Shown: in pieces, positions 1 through 12,046 of the stretch
How the letters are laid out: every line of letters starts with the position of its first letter
Numbering within the stretch: position 1 is the stretch's first letter
Assembly (NCBI RefSeq): GCF_001194135.2
Contig: NC_068981.1
Span: forward strand, 143,848,976 to 143,893,263
From: Octopus bimaculoides
Lineage: Eukaryota
Direction: 5' to 3'
Length of the DNA stretch: 44,288 bases
Notes under the pieces: model-generated
Told to the model about the DNA's origin: nothing
Seen by the model: only the letters and a program-made list of their open reading frames with translations
Database searches by the model: none
Translations under genes and position numbers: made by a program

Positions 1-265
<265 letters not shown>

Positions 266-314
266 TTACCAGACAGCCAAAATAAAAGATGGTTATGAAG
301 AACTGTTTGAAGCA

Positions 315-800
315 ACTTGCCCATGTCGTTAAGAAGCTAGCTTTCCAGCCACGTAGTTCCGGGTTCAGTCTCACTCTGCGGCGTTAAAGTCACTACAAAA
401 GACACTGTTTTTTTACTATAGCACCAGATTAACCAATACCCTGTGAGCGAATCTGTTTAACAGAAACTGTGAGGGACCTGGTCATACATATGTGTGTGTG
501 TGCGCGCGCGTGTGTGTTGTATGTGTGTGCGTGCGTGTGTGTGTGTGTGTGTGTCTGTGTGTGTGTACGTGCCTGTCTTGTGTATATCTTTGTGCCTATA
601 GTTGTCCTCGCACACCACTTAACAATCGATGTTGCTTTCCTTGTGACTCTGCAACTTAGCGTTTTAGTAATGAGATTCGATAGAATAAGTACCAGATTTT
701 TGAAAAGTTGTACTGGAGTCGATATGTTTGACTAAAATCCTTCCGAGAGGTGCCTGAGCATTGTTGCTGCCCAACGACTGAAACAAGCAAAATAGATACA
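315..800 (+). mobile_element. Degenerate tRNA-SINE, family C, with internal (TG)n
   Basis: Head GTTAAGAAGCTAGCTTTCCAGCCACGTAGTTCCGGGTTCAGTC, a (TG)n block at about 490-570 and tail AAGTACCAG..GTACTGGAGTCGAT..GACTGAAACAAGCAAAA. Same order as the copy at 20090-20494. Confidence 0.65.
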
Positions 801-945
801 TGTTTACAAATAGGGTATGCTTGCATGCGACAATATAAACAACTCGACGGTAATTGAACCAGAGGATTAGCTAAATGGTTTTTTTTCTATGTGCTGGGAG
901 TTATGATAAACATTAGAGTTAAACTTTCCTATTCCTTACATTCTT

Positions 946-994
<49 letters not shown>

Positions 995-1867
995 NNNNNN
1001 NNNNNNNNNNNNNNNNNNNNNNNNNNNNNNNNNNNNNNNNNNNNNNNNNNNNNNNNNNNNNNNNNNNNNNNNNNNNNNNNNNNNNNNNNNNNNNNNNNNN
1101 NNNNNNNNNNNNNNNNNNNNNNNNNNNNNNNNNNNNNNNNNNNNNNNNNNNNNNNNNNNNNNNNNNNNNNNNNNNNNNNNNNNNNNNNNNNNNNNNNNNN
1201 NNNNNNNNNNNNNNNNNNNNNNNNNNNNNNNNNNNNNNNNNNNNNNNNNNNNNNNNNNNNNNNNNNNNNNNNNNNNNNNNNNNNNNNNNNNNNNNNNNNN
1301 NNNNNNNNNNNNNNNNNNNNNNNNNNNNNNNNNNNNNNNNNNNNNNNNNNNNNNNNNNNNNNNNNNNNNNNNNNNNNNNNNNNNNNNNNNNNNNNNNNNN
1401 NNNNNNNNNNNNNNNNNNNNNNNNNNNNNNNNNNNNNNNNNNNNNNNNNNNNNNNNNNNNNNNNNNNNNNNNNNNNNNNNNNNNNNNNNNNNNNNNNNNN
1501 NNNNNNNNNNNNNNNNNNNNNNNNNNNNNNNNNNNNNNNNNNNNNNNNNNNNNNNNNNNNNNNNNNNNNNNNNNNNNNNNNNNNNNNNNNNNNNNNNNNN
1601 NNNNNNNNNNNNNNNNNNNNNNNNNNNNNNNNNNNNNNNNNNNNNNNNNNNNNNNNNNNNNNNNNNNNNNNNNNNNNNNNNNNNNNNNNNNNNNNNNNNN
1701 NNNNNNNNNNNNNNNNNNNNNNNNNNNNNNNNNNNNNNNNNNNNNNNNNNNNNNNNNNNNNNNNNNNNNNNNNNNNNNNNNAGTCAGTTGGCAGTGGTCA
1801 TACTGTGGCCATGAAATAATTGGAGTAACTCACGCTCAAGCAAGCAAGCTGGTGGTGGTGGTGGTTG

Positions 1868-2026
1868 AAGAAGAAGACGAAGTAGAAGAAGAAGAAGAAG
1901 AAGAAGAAGAAGAAGAAGAAGAAGAAGAAGAAGAAGAAGAAGAAGAAGAAGAGGAGGAGGAGGAGGGGGATGGGGAGGTTAAGGCGGAGAGAGAGTGAAA
2001 AGAAGAAGTAGAAGAAGAAGAAGAAG

Positions 2027-2057
<31 letters not shown>

Positions 2058-2298
2058 GGAAGAAGAAGAAGAAGAAGGAGAGGAGGAGGGGGAGGAGGAG
2101 AGAGAGTGAAAAGAAGAAGAAGGAGAAGAAGAAGAAGAAGAAGAAGAAGAAGAAGAGGAGGAGGAGAAGAAGAAGAAGAAGAAAAGGAGGAGGAGAAGAA
2201 GAAGAAGAAGAAGAGGAGGAGGAGAGAGAGAGTGAAAAGAAGAAGAAGAAGAAGAAGAAGAAGAAAAAGAAGGAGAAGAAGAAAAAGAAGGAGAAGAA

Positions 2299-2333
<35 letters not shown>

Positions 2334-2383
2334 GGAGGAGGAGGAGTGAGAGAGAGTGAGAAGAAGAAGAAGAAGAAGAAGAA
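1868..2383. repeat. Compound (GAA)n/(GAG)n polypurine tract with higher-order unit
   Basis: Almost purely purine strand. GAGAGAGTGA(A/G)AAGAAG recurs at about 1989, 2100, 2227 and 2350. Runs into the gap at 2384-2423. Confidence 0.95.
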
Positions 2384-2954
2384 NNNNNNNNNNNNNNNNN
2401 NNNNNNNNNNNNNNNNNNNNNNNAGAACTAAGTTTAAACGTATTTCAGTCGTAACCAATCTGTCGTGTTAAGACAGAAAAATCAACGATTACATTGCATA
2501 ATGTTACATAATTTCACAAGGCAGAGTATGATTTAAGAGAGGATTTTTACTATTATATATATTTTCTGTACCTTTCGTTTTTTTTGTTGTTTTTTTTACT
2601 TGTATGCTTTCTTCGTTTCGTATTCTTTGCACAACTATACTTTCTATGGCGTAAGACTGCGGTGGTTGTCGTAGTCGTCAACATCATTGTTGCTGCTGTC
2701 GTAACTGTTGTATATTTTGTGCAGTTTATTTTATGTACTTATTTGTTTTGTCGTTGTTTGGTTTCCTTTCGTTTTAGTACACCTGCCTATCAAGATGAAG
2801 GTTGCGAGAGGAAAGGTTAAGTGGCGGGCGGTTGGTGGATGAGGAAATCGTGTTTACACACTCTATCTTACATACAATATTTTGTTTTATTTCTTCAAGT
2901 CTTCTTATAGGTCTGATTAACATCAGCGTCTTCATCAGCTATTGAACCCACTAC

Positions 2955-3163
2955 CATCATCATCGTTGTCGTCATCATCATCATCATCGTGCTCCTCTTC
3001 TTCATCATCATCATCATCATTATCTTCAACATAACTGACATCTTCACCAATATCGCCATCACATTTGCTATCATTGTGACCATACCTGCTGGTGCACACA
3101 CGCACAAACACACACACACACACACATGCACACACGCACACACACGCACACACACACACACAC

Positions 3164-3194
<31 letters not shown>

Positions 3195-3247
3195 ACACAC
3201 AAACTCAGCACACACAGCACACACTCAGACACACGTATGTATGTATA
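2955..3247. repeat. (CAT)n and (CA)n microsatellites adjoining a gap
   Basis: Direct reading. Confidence 0.9.
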
Positions 3248-4123
3248 NNNNNNNNNNNNNNNNNNNNNNNNNNNNNNNNNNNNNNNNNNNNNNNNNNNNN
3301 NNNNNNNNNNNNNNNNNNNNNNNNNNNNNNNNNNNNNNNNNNNNNNNNNNNNNNNNNNNNNNNNNNNNNNNNNNNNNNNNNNNNNNNNNNNNNNNNNNNN
3401 NNNNNNNNNNNNNNNNNNNNNNNNNNNNNNNNNNNNNNNNNNNNNNNNNNNNNNNNNNNNNNNNNNNNNNNNNNNNNNNNNNNNNNNNNNNNNNNNNNNN
3501 NNNNNNNNNNNNNNNNNNNNNNNNNNNNNNNNNNNNNNNNNNNNNNNNNNNNNNNNNNNNNNNNNNNNNNNNNNNNNNNNNNNNNNNNNNNNNNNNNNNN
3601 NNNNNNNNNNNNNNNNNNNNNNNNNNNNNNNNNNNNNNNNNNNNNNNNNNNNNNNNNNNNNNNNNNNNNNNNNNNNNNNNNNNNNNNNNNNNNNNNNNNN
3701 NNNNNNNNNNNNNNNNNNNNNNNNNNNNNNNNNNNNNNNNNNNNNNNNNNNNNNNNNNNNNNNNNNNNNNNNNNNNNNNNNNNNNNNNNNNNNNNNNNNN
3801 NNNNNNNNNNNNNNNNNNNNNNNNNNNNNNNNNNNNNNNNNNNNNNNNNNNNNNNNNNNNNNNNNNNNNNNNNNNNNNNNNNNNNNNNNNNNNNNNNNNN
3901 NNNNNNNNNNNNNNNNNNNNNNNNNNNNNNNNNNNNNNNNNNNNNNNNNNNNNNNNNNNNNNNNNNNNNNNNNNNNNNNNNNNNNNNNNNNNNNNNNNNN
4001 NNNNNNNNNNNNNNNNNNNNNNNNNNNNNNNNNNNNNNNNNNNNNNNNNNNNNNNNNNNNNNNNNNNNNNNNNNNNNNNNNNNNNNNNNNNNNNNNNNNN
4101 NNNNNNNNNNNNNNNNNNNNNNN

Positions 4124-4170
<47 letters not shown>

Positions 4171-4284
4171 ATTATATATCCAGCGTTCGCTATTTTACCC
4201 TTGTATTTTACCCTTGTATATCTCCGGTTTCCTTGTATATCTCCACTGTCCTGTTTTTGTTCCCACCTTTGACCCTCCATAAAT

Positions 4285-4675
4285 CATTCGTGGAGGCGCA
4301 ATGGCCCAGTAGTTAGGGCAGCGCACTCGCGGTCGTAGGGTCACGGTTTCGATTCCCAGACCAAGGATTGTGAGTGTTTATTGAGCGAAAATACCTAAAG
4401 TTCCACAAGGCTCCGACAGGGGATGGTGGGGAATCCTGCTGTACTCTTTCACCACAACTTTCTCTTACTCTTTCTTCCTGTTTCTGTTGTACCTGTATTT
4501 CAAAGGGCCAGCCTTGTCACGCTCTGTGTCACGCTGAATTTCCCCGAGAGCTACGTTAAGGGTACATGTGTCTGTGGAGAGCTCAGCCACTTTCACGTTA
4601 ATTTCACGAGAAAGCTGTTCTGTTGATCGGATCAACTGGAACCTTCGACGTCGTAACTGACGGAGTGCCAACCAC
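4285..4675 (+). mobile_element. tRNA-derived SINE, family A (about 390 bp)
   Basis: Box A (TGGCCCAGTAG) and box B (GGTTTCGATTCC) head. Body aligns over its full length with 5193-5582 (-) and 9889-10276 (+). Tail ends in a CGTCG-TAACT-GACG stem-loop and CCAAC. Confidence 0.92.
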
Positions 4676-4713
4676 TAGTCTATTTCATTCAAGACCTGAC
4701 TCTCCTTAATGCA

Positions 4714-5150
4714 TTCTGAACCTAACTGATGGTCAGTTGTTATATAGCGAGGTTTGTTGACTACATCGATTAATACCACCACTCTTACGGTGACTTTTTC
4801 ACTGTTTCTGTTGTTGTGACAGTGTGTCAATATTGGTATTTTCAATTATTTGTTTGGGTTCCTTCATTATTGTATGATTTGTTACTTGTTTTCAATTTAT
4901 TTTTTCAAATCCCTTAAACAAAATAGCAAAGAAACAAAATATCATTCATGTGATTTGAAAAAATATATATTTTGAAAACAAGTAACAAATTTTAGAATAT
5001 TGAAGGAACCCAAACAAATAATTGAAAATACCAATGTTGACACACACTACTACAACAGAAACAGTGAACAAGTCACCATCAGAGGTGCTAGTAGTAATCA
5101 ATGTAGTCAAGACACATCACTATATAGTAGCTATATAATTCGGTTCAGAA
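4714..5150. mobile_element. Fold-back (MITE-like) inverted repeat, arms of about 170-190 bp
   Basis: About 4740-4910 is the diverged reverse complement of about 4952-5128 (e.g. TTTTCAATTATTTGTTTGGGTTCCTTCA / TGAAGGAACCCAAACAAATAATTGAAAA), with a spacer of about 40 bp. Confidence 0.85.
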
Positions 5151-5192
5151 TATACGGCTGAATGAGTGACCATCCTTAAAATCTGCAGAATG

Positions 5193-5582
5193 TTGTTGTT
5201 GTTGGCATTCCGTCGCTTACGACGTCGAGGGTTCCAGTTGATCCGATCAACGGAACAGCCTGCTCGTGAAATTAACGTGCAAGTGGCTGAGCACTCCACA
5301 GACACGTGTACCCTTAACGTAGTTCTCGGAGATATTCAGCGTGACACAGTGTGACAAGGCTGACCCTTTGAATTACAGGCACAACAGAAACAGGAAGTAA
5401 GAGTGAGAGATAGTTGTGGTGAAAGAGTACAGCAGGGTTCGCCACCATCCCCTGCCGGAGCCTCGTGGAGCTTTAGGTGTTATTCGCTCAATAAACACTC
5501 ACAACGCCCGGTCTGGGAATCGAAACCGTGATCCTATGACCGCGAGTCCGCTGCCCTAACCACTGGGCTATGGCGCCTCCAC
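5193..5582 (-). mobile_element. tRNA-derived SINE, family A, full length with TSD
   Basis: Reverse complement of family A with a (CAA)n tail. 10-bp TSD CTGCAGAATG at 5183-5192 and 5583-5592. Confidence 0.95.
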
Positions 5583-5934
5583 CTGCAGAATGAATAGCAA
5601 ACAACTCCAACACCACCACAAACATCACCATCCCCGTATTGCTACCACTCCTTCCTCTACTACCATCACGTACATACAGAAATACATTGCTAGATTGACC
5701 TTCATACTGGCAAGAAGGGATAAACATCCCTCGGAGATTCATCCAGTTATACAGTATTGTCTGATGAATTGGATCAATGATCCCCACAGATAATACGGAC
5801 TATACTGTAGTAATCCCAAGGATACCGACTCTGATGTGAAAATCATCTGATCTGTGGAAACATACGTAGCGACGTATTAAATATTTATAAATTCCATCCT
5901 GGTATTATTGTTATTATTATATTTATCTTATTTA

Positions 5935-6122
5935 TATTGACTGCGGCCATGCTAGAGCGCCGCCTTTAGTCGAACAAATCGACCCCAGGACTTATGCTTT
6001 GCTCACCTAGTATTTATTCTGTCGGTCACTTTTTTCCGAACCGCTAAGTTACGGGGACGTAAACATACCAACATCGGTCGCCAAGCGGTGAAGGGAGACA
6101 CACAAACACACACACACACACA
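5935..6122 (-). mobile_element. SINE family C, 3' half (5' part presumably in the gap 6123-6558)
   Basis: Reverse complement reads (TG)n..TTTACGTCCCCGTAACTTAGCGGTTCGG..GGGGTCGATTTGTTCGACTAAAGGCGGCGCTCTAGCATGGCCGCAGTC, matching 20290-20494. Confidence 0.8.
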
Positions 6123-6674
6123 NNNNNNNNNNNNNNNNNNNNNNNNNNNNNNNNNNNNNNNNNNNNNNNNNNNNNNNNNNNNNNNNNNNNNNNNNNNNNN
6201 NNNNNNNNNNNNNNNNNNNNNNNNNNNNNNNNNNNNNNNNNNNNNNNNNNNNNNNNNNNNNNNNNNNNNNNNNNNNNNNNNNNNNNNNNNNNNNNNNNNN
6301 NNNNNNNNNNNNNNNNNNNNNNNNNNNNNNNNNNNNNNNNNNNNNNNNNNNNNNNNNNNNNNNNNNNNNNNNNNNNNNNNNNNNNNNNNNNNNNNNNNNN
6401 NNNNNNNNNNNNNNNNNNNNNNNNNNNNNNNNNNNNNNNNNNNNNNNNNNNNNNNNNNNNNNNNNNNNNNNNNNNNNNNNNNNNNNNNNNNNNNNNNNNN
6501 NNNNNNNNNNNNNNNNNNNNNNNNNNNNNNNNNNNNNNNNNNNNNNNNNNNNNNNNNATGTACACACTGAAATGAACACATACAGTCATAATCATGAAAG
6601 AAATATAAATAAACAAATAAACTGCGTTATTTACATTATTTACATTTGATGGATATTTGTCCTCATCTTGTTTG

Positions 6675-6725
6675 TTGTTAACACAACGTTTCGGCTGATA
6701 TACCCTCCAGCCTTCAACAGGTGTC
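6675..6725 (-). ncRNA. Minimal type I hammerhead motif in the pLTR, core mutated
   Basis: Minus strand GACAC-CTGTTGA-A-GGCTG-GAGGGTATAT-CAGCC-GAAA-CG-TT-GTGTT. Stems I and II pair and stem III is the palindrome AACGTT. The core reads CUGUUGA instead of CUGANGA. Confidence 0.7.
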
Positions 6726-8159
6726 GTGGGGAAATTTCGAACCTGGGTTCTCCTTCCTAAGGTATTTTTCGATGTTATTATTATTATTATTATTATTCAG
6801 ATCACTGCTTGGAATCGAACTCGGAATCTTGGGGTTAGTAGTCCCGCGCTCTTAACCATTGCGCCATATGCCCGTGGGCAATTATAGAGTGAATTTTTTT
6901 AGGGCTTATAAATCTAATATTTGCCTGTCCTTCCTTAATACCGGTTCCCATACTCTATTCATATATGCACTCGGTCTGCTTAGGAGGTGTTTGTGTCCTA
7001 GCATATGTGCTATTAGATCATGTGAACTAGATCATGTCCAAGTGCTGTTAGGTCAGGTGAACTCAATGAAGCCACCCATACAGCTCACAACGGAAAAAGA
7101 AAAACACAATCAGCTAGCATTCCTGGACGTATTAATAACACGCACCGAGTATGGATTCCGGACATCCGTATACCGCAAGCCGAACTTCACTGGACGATAC
7201 CTTAACTTCAATTCCCACCATCCATACAATGTAAGGAGAGAAATTGCTCAGTACCTAAAACATCGAGCAATGAATATAAGTAACGATCATGATACCCACC
7301 ACGAAGTAAGAAGCACAGTAACAGTCTATTAAGCAACAACTGCCCCAAAAACATACTATCTACTCTAATTATGAAGAAAAGATAGGATGAAACCTATAAA
7401 CTGTCTACAGTTTGTCTACCCTATGTAAAAGGCCTATCCGAAAAGATACAAAAGCTATGGGCCCGTATGACATCAGGAGAGTATTGAAGAGTAATACAAT
7501 ACTTCGCAAATATCTCCTTCGGGTAAAACCACAAATAGAAGAGAATATGACCAAAATCTGCGTGCACTCCATCCCATGCAGTTGTGGTAGGTTATACAAA
7601 GGCGAAATATGTCGCCCCCTCAAAATAAGTGTAGACGAACATCGTAAAGCTGTGACACGAGGAGATATTGATAAATCAGGTATAGCTNNNNNNNNNNNNN
7701 NNNNNNNNNNNNNNNNNNNNNNNNNNNNNNNNNNNNNNNNNNNNNNNNNNGTAAAACCACAAATAGAAGAGAATATGACCAAAATCTGCGTGCACTCCAT
7801 CCCATGCAGTTGTGGTAGGTTATACAAAGGCGAAACATGTCGCCCCCTCAAAATAAGTGTAGACGAACATCGTAAAGCTGTGACACGAGGAGATATTGAT
7901 AAATCAGGTATAGCTGATCATATGTGGAAAAATTGAGACCACCTCCCCCTGTGGGATGAAGTTAAAATAATAGACAGAGAACACTACTGGAAAATACGAA
8001 GACTAAAAGTAGCAGCACATATGCTAGGACACAGCAACCTCCTAAACAGACCGAGTGCAGATATGAATAGCATAAATAGCATATGGGAACCGGTATTGAG
8101 GAAGGACAGGTAAATATTAGATTTATAAGCCCTAAAAATTTCACTCTATAATTGCCCAC

Positions 8160-8230
8160 GGGCATATGGCGTAGTGGTTAAGAGCGCGGGCTAATAACCC
8201 AAGATTCCGAGTTCGATTCCAAGCAGTGAC
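8160..8230 (+). promoter_or_regulatory. tRNA-like Pol III head (box A/box B) inside the Penelope pLTR
   Basis: TGGCGTAGTGG at 8167-8177 and GAGTTCGATTCC at 8209-8220. A second copy lies in the inverted pLTR at about 6800-6872 (-). Confidence 0.75.
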
Positions 8231-8435
8231 CTGAATAATAATAATAATAATGATGATGATGATAACATCGAAAAATACGTTAGAAATAAGAACCCAGGTT
8301 CGAAAATTTCCCAAGATACCTCATGAAGGCCGAAACGTTGCGTTAGCAACAAACAAGATGAGGACAAATATCTGTCAAATGTAAATACTTTAAATAACGT
8401 ACATAATACCGCATCTCTTAAATATAGAGCTGAAA

Positions 8436-9250
8436 TAAACTGCGCTCAAAAATGATAGATAGGCTGGTTAGTAATGAATGTATGAACCTTTGAAATAAGT
8501 TCGAAAAAGCACTAATTTCTGCATCTCCTTTGATGTTACACCACAAGATACATCCACTATTGCCCGCCGGAGTTCATCCCAGCTTCTAAATTGGCATCCA
8601 TTCCCGTAAAATCATCGCTTTAGAATACTCCACAAGGTTTCTGTTGCGTTTAAGTCGGGGAATAGGCAGGCCACTTCATCTTCTGAGGTCAACATTAGCC
8701 TACTTGTTGCAGATATTTTGTAGTTTTCTTCGCTGAGTGCGAGAACGTATTATTCCGCATGAATATTATGGTTGTCTTGAAGGTGATCCTTTACTTTTTT
8801 AACCAAGTGGCAAGGTGCTCCCTCGGAAGGCTATGTAAGCATCTGCAGTCATTTTAACACCGTCAGACACTTACCAGGGACCAACCATAATAGCTACAGT
8901 AATACCTGAGCAAACTATGATGTCCCTACTCCTTTTGTTGTCTCAAGTGTTGATGATAATCTCGTCACATTTACGAACCATAATTACACGATTAACAGAT
9001 CAATCGTTAATAATTTGGAACACTGAAGTTCGTGGAAATCATGCAAATAGCCACAATTTGCTTACGCTTGTGCAACAAATGACGTTTTGTACACACCACG
9101 CACATACAACTGTTGCCATCATTCTGTGGAAATTTCGTTTATTCCCATTTAAACGTGGATGTTCAGTTAGACTAAACTTTACTGCAGTAGATACCATGAG
9201 AGAAACTGTCATATAGACTTTTGGTGCAAAATGCACCCTTGTAAACATAG
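8436..9250 (-). mobile_element. Tc1-family transposase relic
   Basis: Manual minus-strand translation: VGPW*VSDGVKMTADAYI (about 8886-8833), IFMRNNTFSHSAKKT (about 8766-8720), MKWPAYSPDL..LWSILKR (about 8679-8620). Multiple stops; only one TIR-like end seen. Confidence 0.8.
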
Positions 9251-9888
9251 TGCTAACGTCAGCATGATCTAGTTGTTCCGCAAAAAGATTTGATACAATA
9301 AATACCAGATTTAAAATATTAGCACCGGTGTTTATTTTACTTACCGTTAAACTTTCAGGGCAATGCTTCATAATGGCTGCAGTCGAAAGCTGGAAACATC
9401 TAAATAGTAGAAGAATAATTGATATTTCTATTTCTCTTGCTGATGGACAAACAAAACAATAAACCTAGCGGCATTTCGTTTAAAGGATCTTGTAGAAAAC
9501 GGGAGACAATTTCAAGAAAGGAGTAACTAACTTATCAGCTTAAAGGCTCATAGAAAGAGCAGTCTGATCTTTCTTTTCAAGCTAGCGCAAATTCTTTTCG
9601 GTCTATTAGACATTGTCGAATAGCACAATCTCGCAAAACGAGTCAAATCAGTTGACAGATTTTTAGATACAGGAAAAAAGTTACGCCCGTTTTTGTTTCT
9701 TTTGTTTTGTTTTTTTTAGTCCAAACTAATTTGAATTGTTAAAGCTATAAGCGTAGTTACTGTTGGTGGTGGGGACGATGGTAGTTTATGGTGTTGATAG
9801 GAAGGGGATCTCTCGAACCCGTGATAGATGCTTCCGCAATTTCTTGTTGAACAACCTGTACTGATGACTTGTTTATGGGGGGAATAAA

Positions 9889-10276
9889 GTAGAGGCGCAA
9901 TGGCCCAGTGGTTAGGGCAGCGGACTCGCAGTTATAGGATCGCGGTTTTGATTCCCAGACCGGGCGTTGTAAGTGTTTATAGAGCGAAAATATCTAAAGC
10001 TCCACGAGTCTCCGGCAGGGGATGGTGGCAGACCCTGCTGTACTCTTTCATCACAACTTTCTCTCACTCTTACTTGCTGTTTCTGTTGCGCCTGTAATTT
10101 AAAGGGCCAGCCTTGTCACACTGTGTCACGCTGAATATCCGCAAGAACTACGCTAAAGGTACACGTGTCTGTGGAGTGCTCAGCCACTTGCACGTTAATT
10201 TCACGAGCAGGCTGTTCCGTTGATCGGATCAACTGGAACCCTCGACGTCGTAAGCGACGGAGTGCCAACAACAATA
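9889..10276 (+). mobile_element. tRNA-derived SINE, family A, full length with TSD
   Basis: Aligns with the other two A copies. TSD GGGGAATAAA at 9879-9888 and 10277-10286. Confidence 0.95.
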
Positions 10277-11289
10277 GGGGAATAAAACATGAGGGCCGTG
10301 CATTGCCTCACTGCCTCCATCAAAGCGACACTGCCTGTTGTAGATGTGCCATGTGCCATCCTTCAGATGTCTAAGTGATCTCAAGACTTTAATAGCTGAA
10401 AGAAGATAATACTAATTGCCCAATGACATGAATTCGAATAATTAATTTAACTTCTGATGCACTGAATGCCTTATACATAAAAAAAATCTTTTCTTCAATA
10501 TTATGGTATATTTTCAGGGATATAGGCAATAACAGCACTGTGAAGTGTAGGAATGAATTAGTGCTCTAGACGGAAGCTAATAATAATAGATTTTGTTATA
10601 TTGATGCCAACAGAGGGAAAGTACGCACAAAGCGACTGAATGGAGCTCGATAGCATTGATTTAAATTTAAATTTTCATTTGAAATAAGAAATAAATCATA
10701 CTTTATTTGTGTTATTTCAATTCCATTATTAATATTAATATTATTGTTGTGTTGTTAGTAATTTTCTGGTTTTATTGTTGTTAATGTTGTTGTTGTTGTT
10801 GTTGTTATCACCGCTACTACTATCATCATCTTCGCCATTATTATTATCATTATGATTATTGAAATATTTGATTCTTTGCATTCGTTTATTCATTTACTGT
10901 TTTTCTCATATATTGTTATTTATTTATTTGTTAATTAATTATTCTTTCTTTGTTTAACATCATAAGTTACTTCTTGGATATCTCTATCTTTTGGTGTGAT
11001 TTATACATTTTATTTAATTTCACTTCTATCTGATATGAAAATAATTTATTCGTCTATTTCATAGTTTCTTGCTATTTTTTTTTTCTTCTCAACTCCTTTC
11101 ATTCTTTCAATCTTTCATTCTGTTATTCTTCTATTCTTTTATTCTTGCATTCTTTCTTTCTCCCGGGTATGATACTAATGATAAACAACATATAAAGCTG
11201 TAATGAAATCAGAAGTGCAAGTTCTTTTAGTTCTTTCCTTTTTTTTTCTTACTTTTCTCTTTGTAGGTTATTTTCTTACGTGGATGTAC

Positions 11290-12015
11290 ATGCACAAACA
11301 CACACACACACAACACGTATATGCATATGTGAGTATGAATGTATGCATATATGCGTGTATATNNNNNNNNNNNNNNNNNNNNNNNNNNNNNNNNNNNNNN
11401 NNNNNNNNNNNNNNNNNNNNNNNNNNNNNNNNNNNNNNNNNNNNNNNNNNNNNNNNNNNNNNNNNNNNNNNNNNNNNNNNNNNNNNNNNNNNNNNNNNNN
11501 NNNNNNNNNNNNNNNNNNNNNNNNNNNNNNNNNNNNNNNNNNNNNNNNNNNNNNNNNNNNNNNNNNNNNNNNNNNNNNNNNNNNNNNNNNNNNNNNNNNN
11601 NNNNNNNNNNNNNNNNNNNNNNNNNNNNNNNNNNNNNNNNNNNNNNNNNNNNNNNNNNNNNNNNNNNNNNNNNNNNNNNNNNNNNNNNNNNNNNNNNNNN
11701 NNNNNNNNNNNNNNNNNNNNNNNNNNNNNNNNNNNNNNNNNNNNNNNNNNNNNNNNNNNNNNNNNNNNNNNNNNNNNNNNNNNNNNNNNNNNNNNNNNNN
11801 NNNNNNNNNNNNNNNNNNNNNNNNNNNNNNNNNNNNNNNNNNNNNNNNNNNNNNNNNNNNNNNNNNNNNNNNNNNNNNNNNNNNNNNNNNNNNNNNNNNN
11901 NNNNNNNNNNNNNNNNNNNNNNNNNNNNNNNNNNNNNNNNNNNNNNNNNNNNNNNNNNNNNNNNNNNNTATATACACACACACACACATACACATATATA
12001 TATTATGTATGTATG

Positions 12016-12046
<31 letters not shown>

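Larger units (their letters stand above)
6625..8399 (+). mobile_element. Penelope-like retroelement (Penelope/Poseidon type), 5'-truncated, with inverted 5' pLTR
   Basis: RT C-terminus/thumb (IQLTTEKEKHNQLAFLDVLITRTEYGFRTSVYRKPNFTGRYLNFNSHHP) at about 7030-7300. GIY-YIG endonuclease (VHSIPCSCGRLYKGE..LKISVDEH..SGIADH..WDEVKIIDREHYWKIRRLK) at about 7520-8110, disrupted by stops and frameshifts. 6625-7013 is the reverse complement of about 8013-8399. Confidence 0.93.

Noticed and set aside
1979-2471. Poly-R/E/K and poly-L ORFs (also 2935-3198, 29991-30329)
   Set aside because: Translations of trinucleotide microsatellites.
4290-4365. SINE heads and the pLTR head as functional tRNA genes
   Set aside because: No proper acceptor stem or downstream terminator; they continue into dispersed-repeat bodies with TSDs.
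5750-5870. CTGATGA plus GGATC-AAT-GATCC hairpin, and a nearby CTGATG..GAAAC
   Set aside because: No GAAA after stem II in the first and no coherent stems in the second; at most a decayed hammerhead.
7523-7915. 165-bp direct duplication within the GIY-YIG region
   Set aside because: The two copies flank an N-gap and differ by one base, typical of unmerged overlapping allelic contigs rather than a real duplication.
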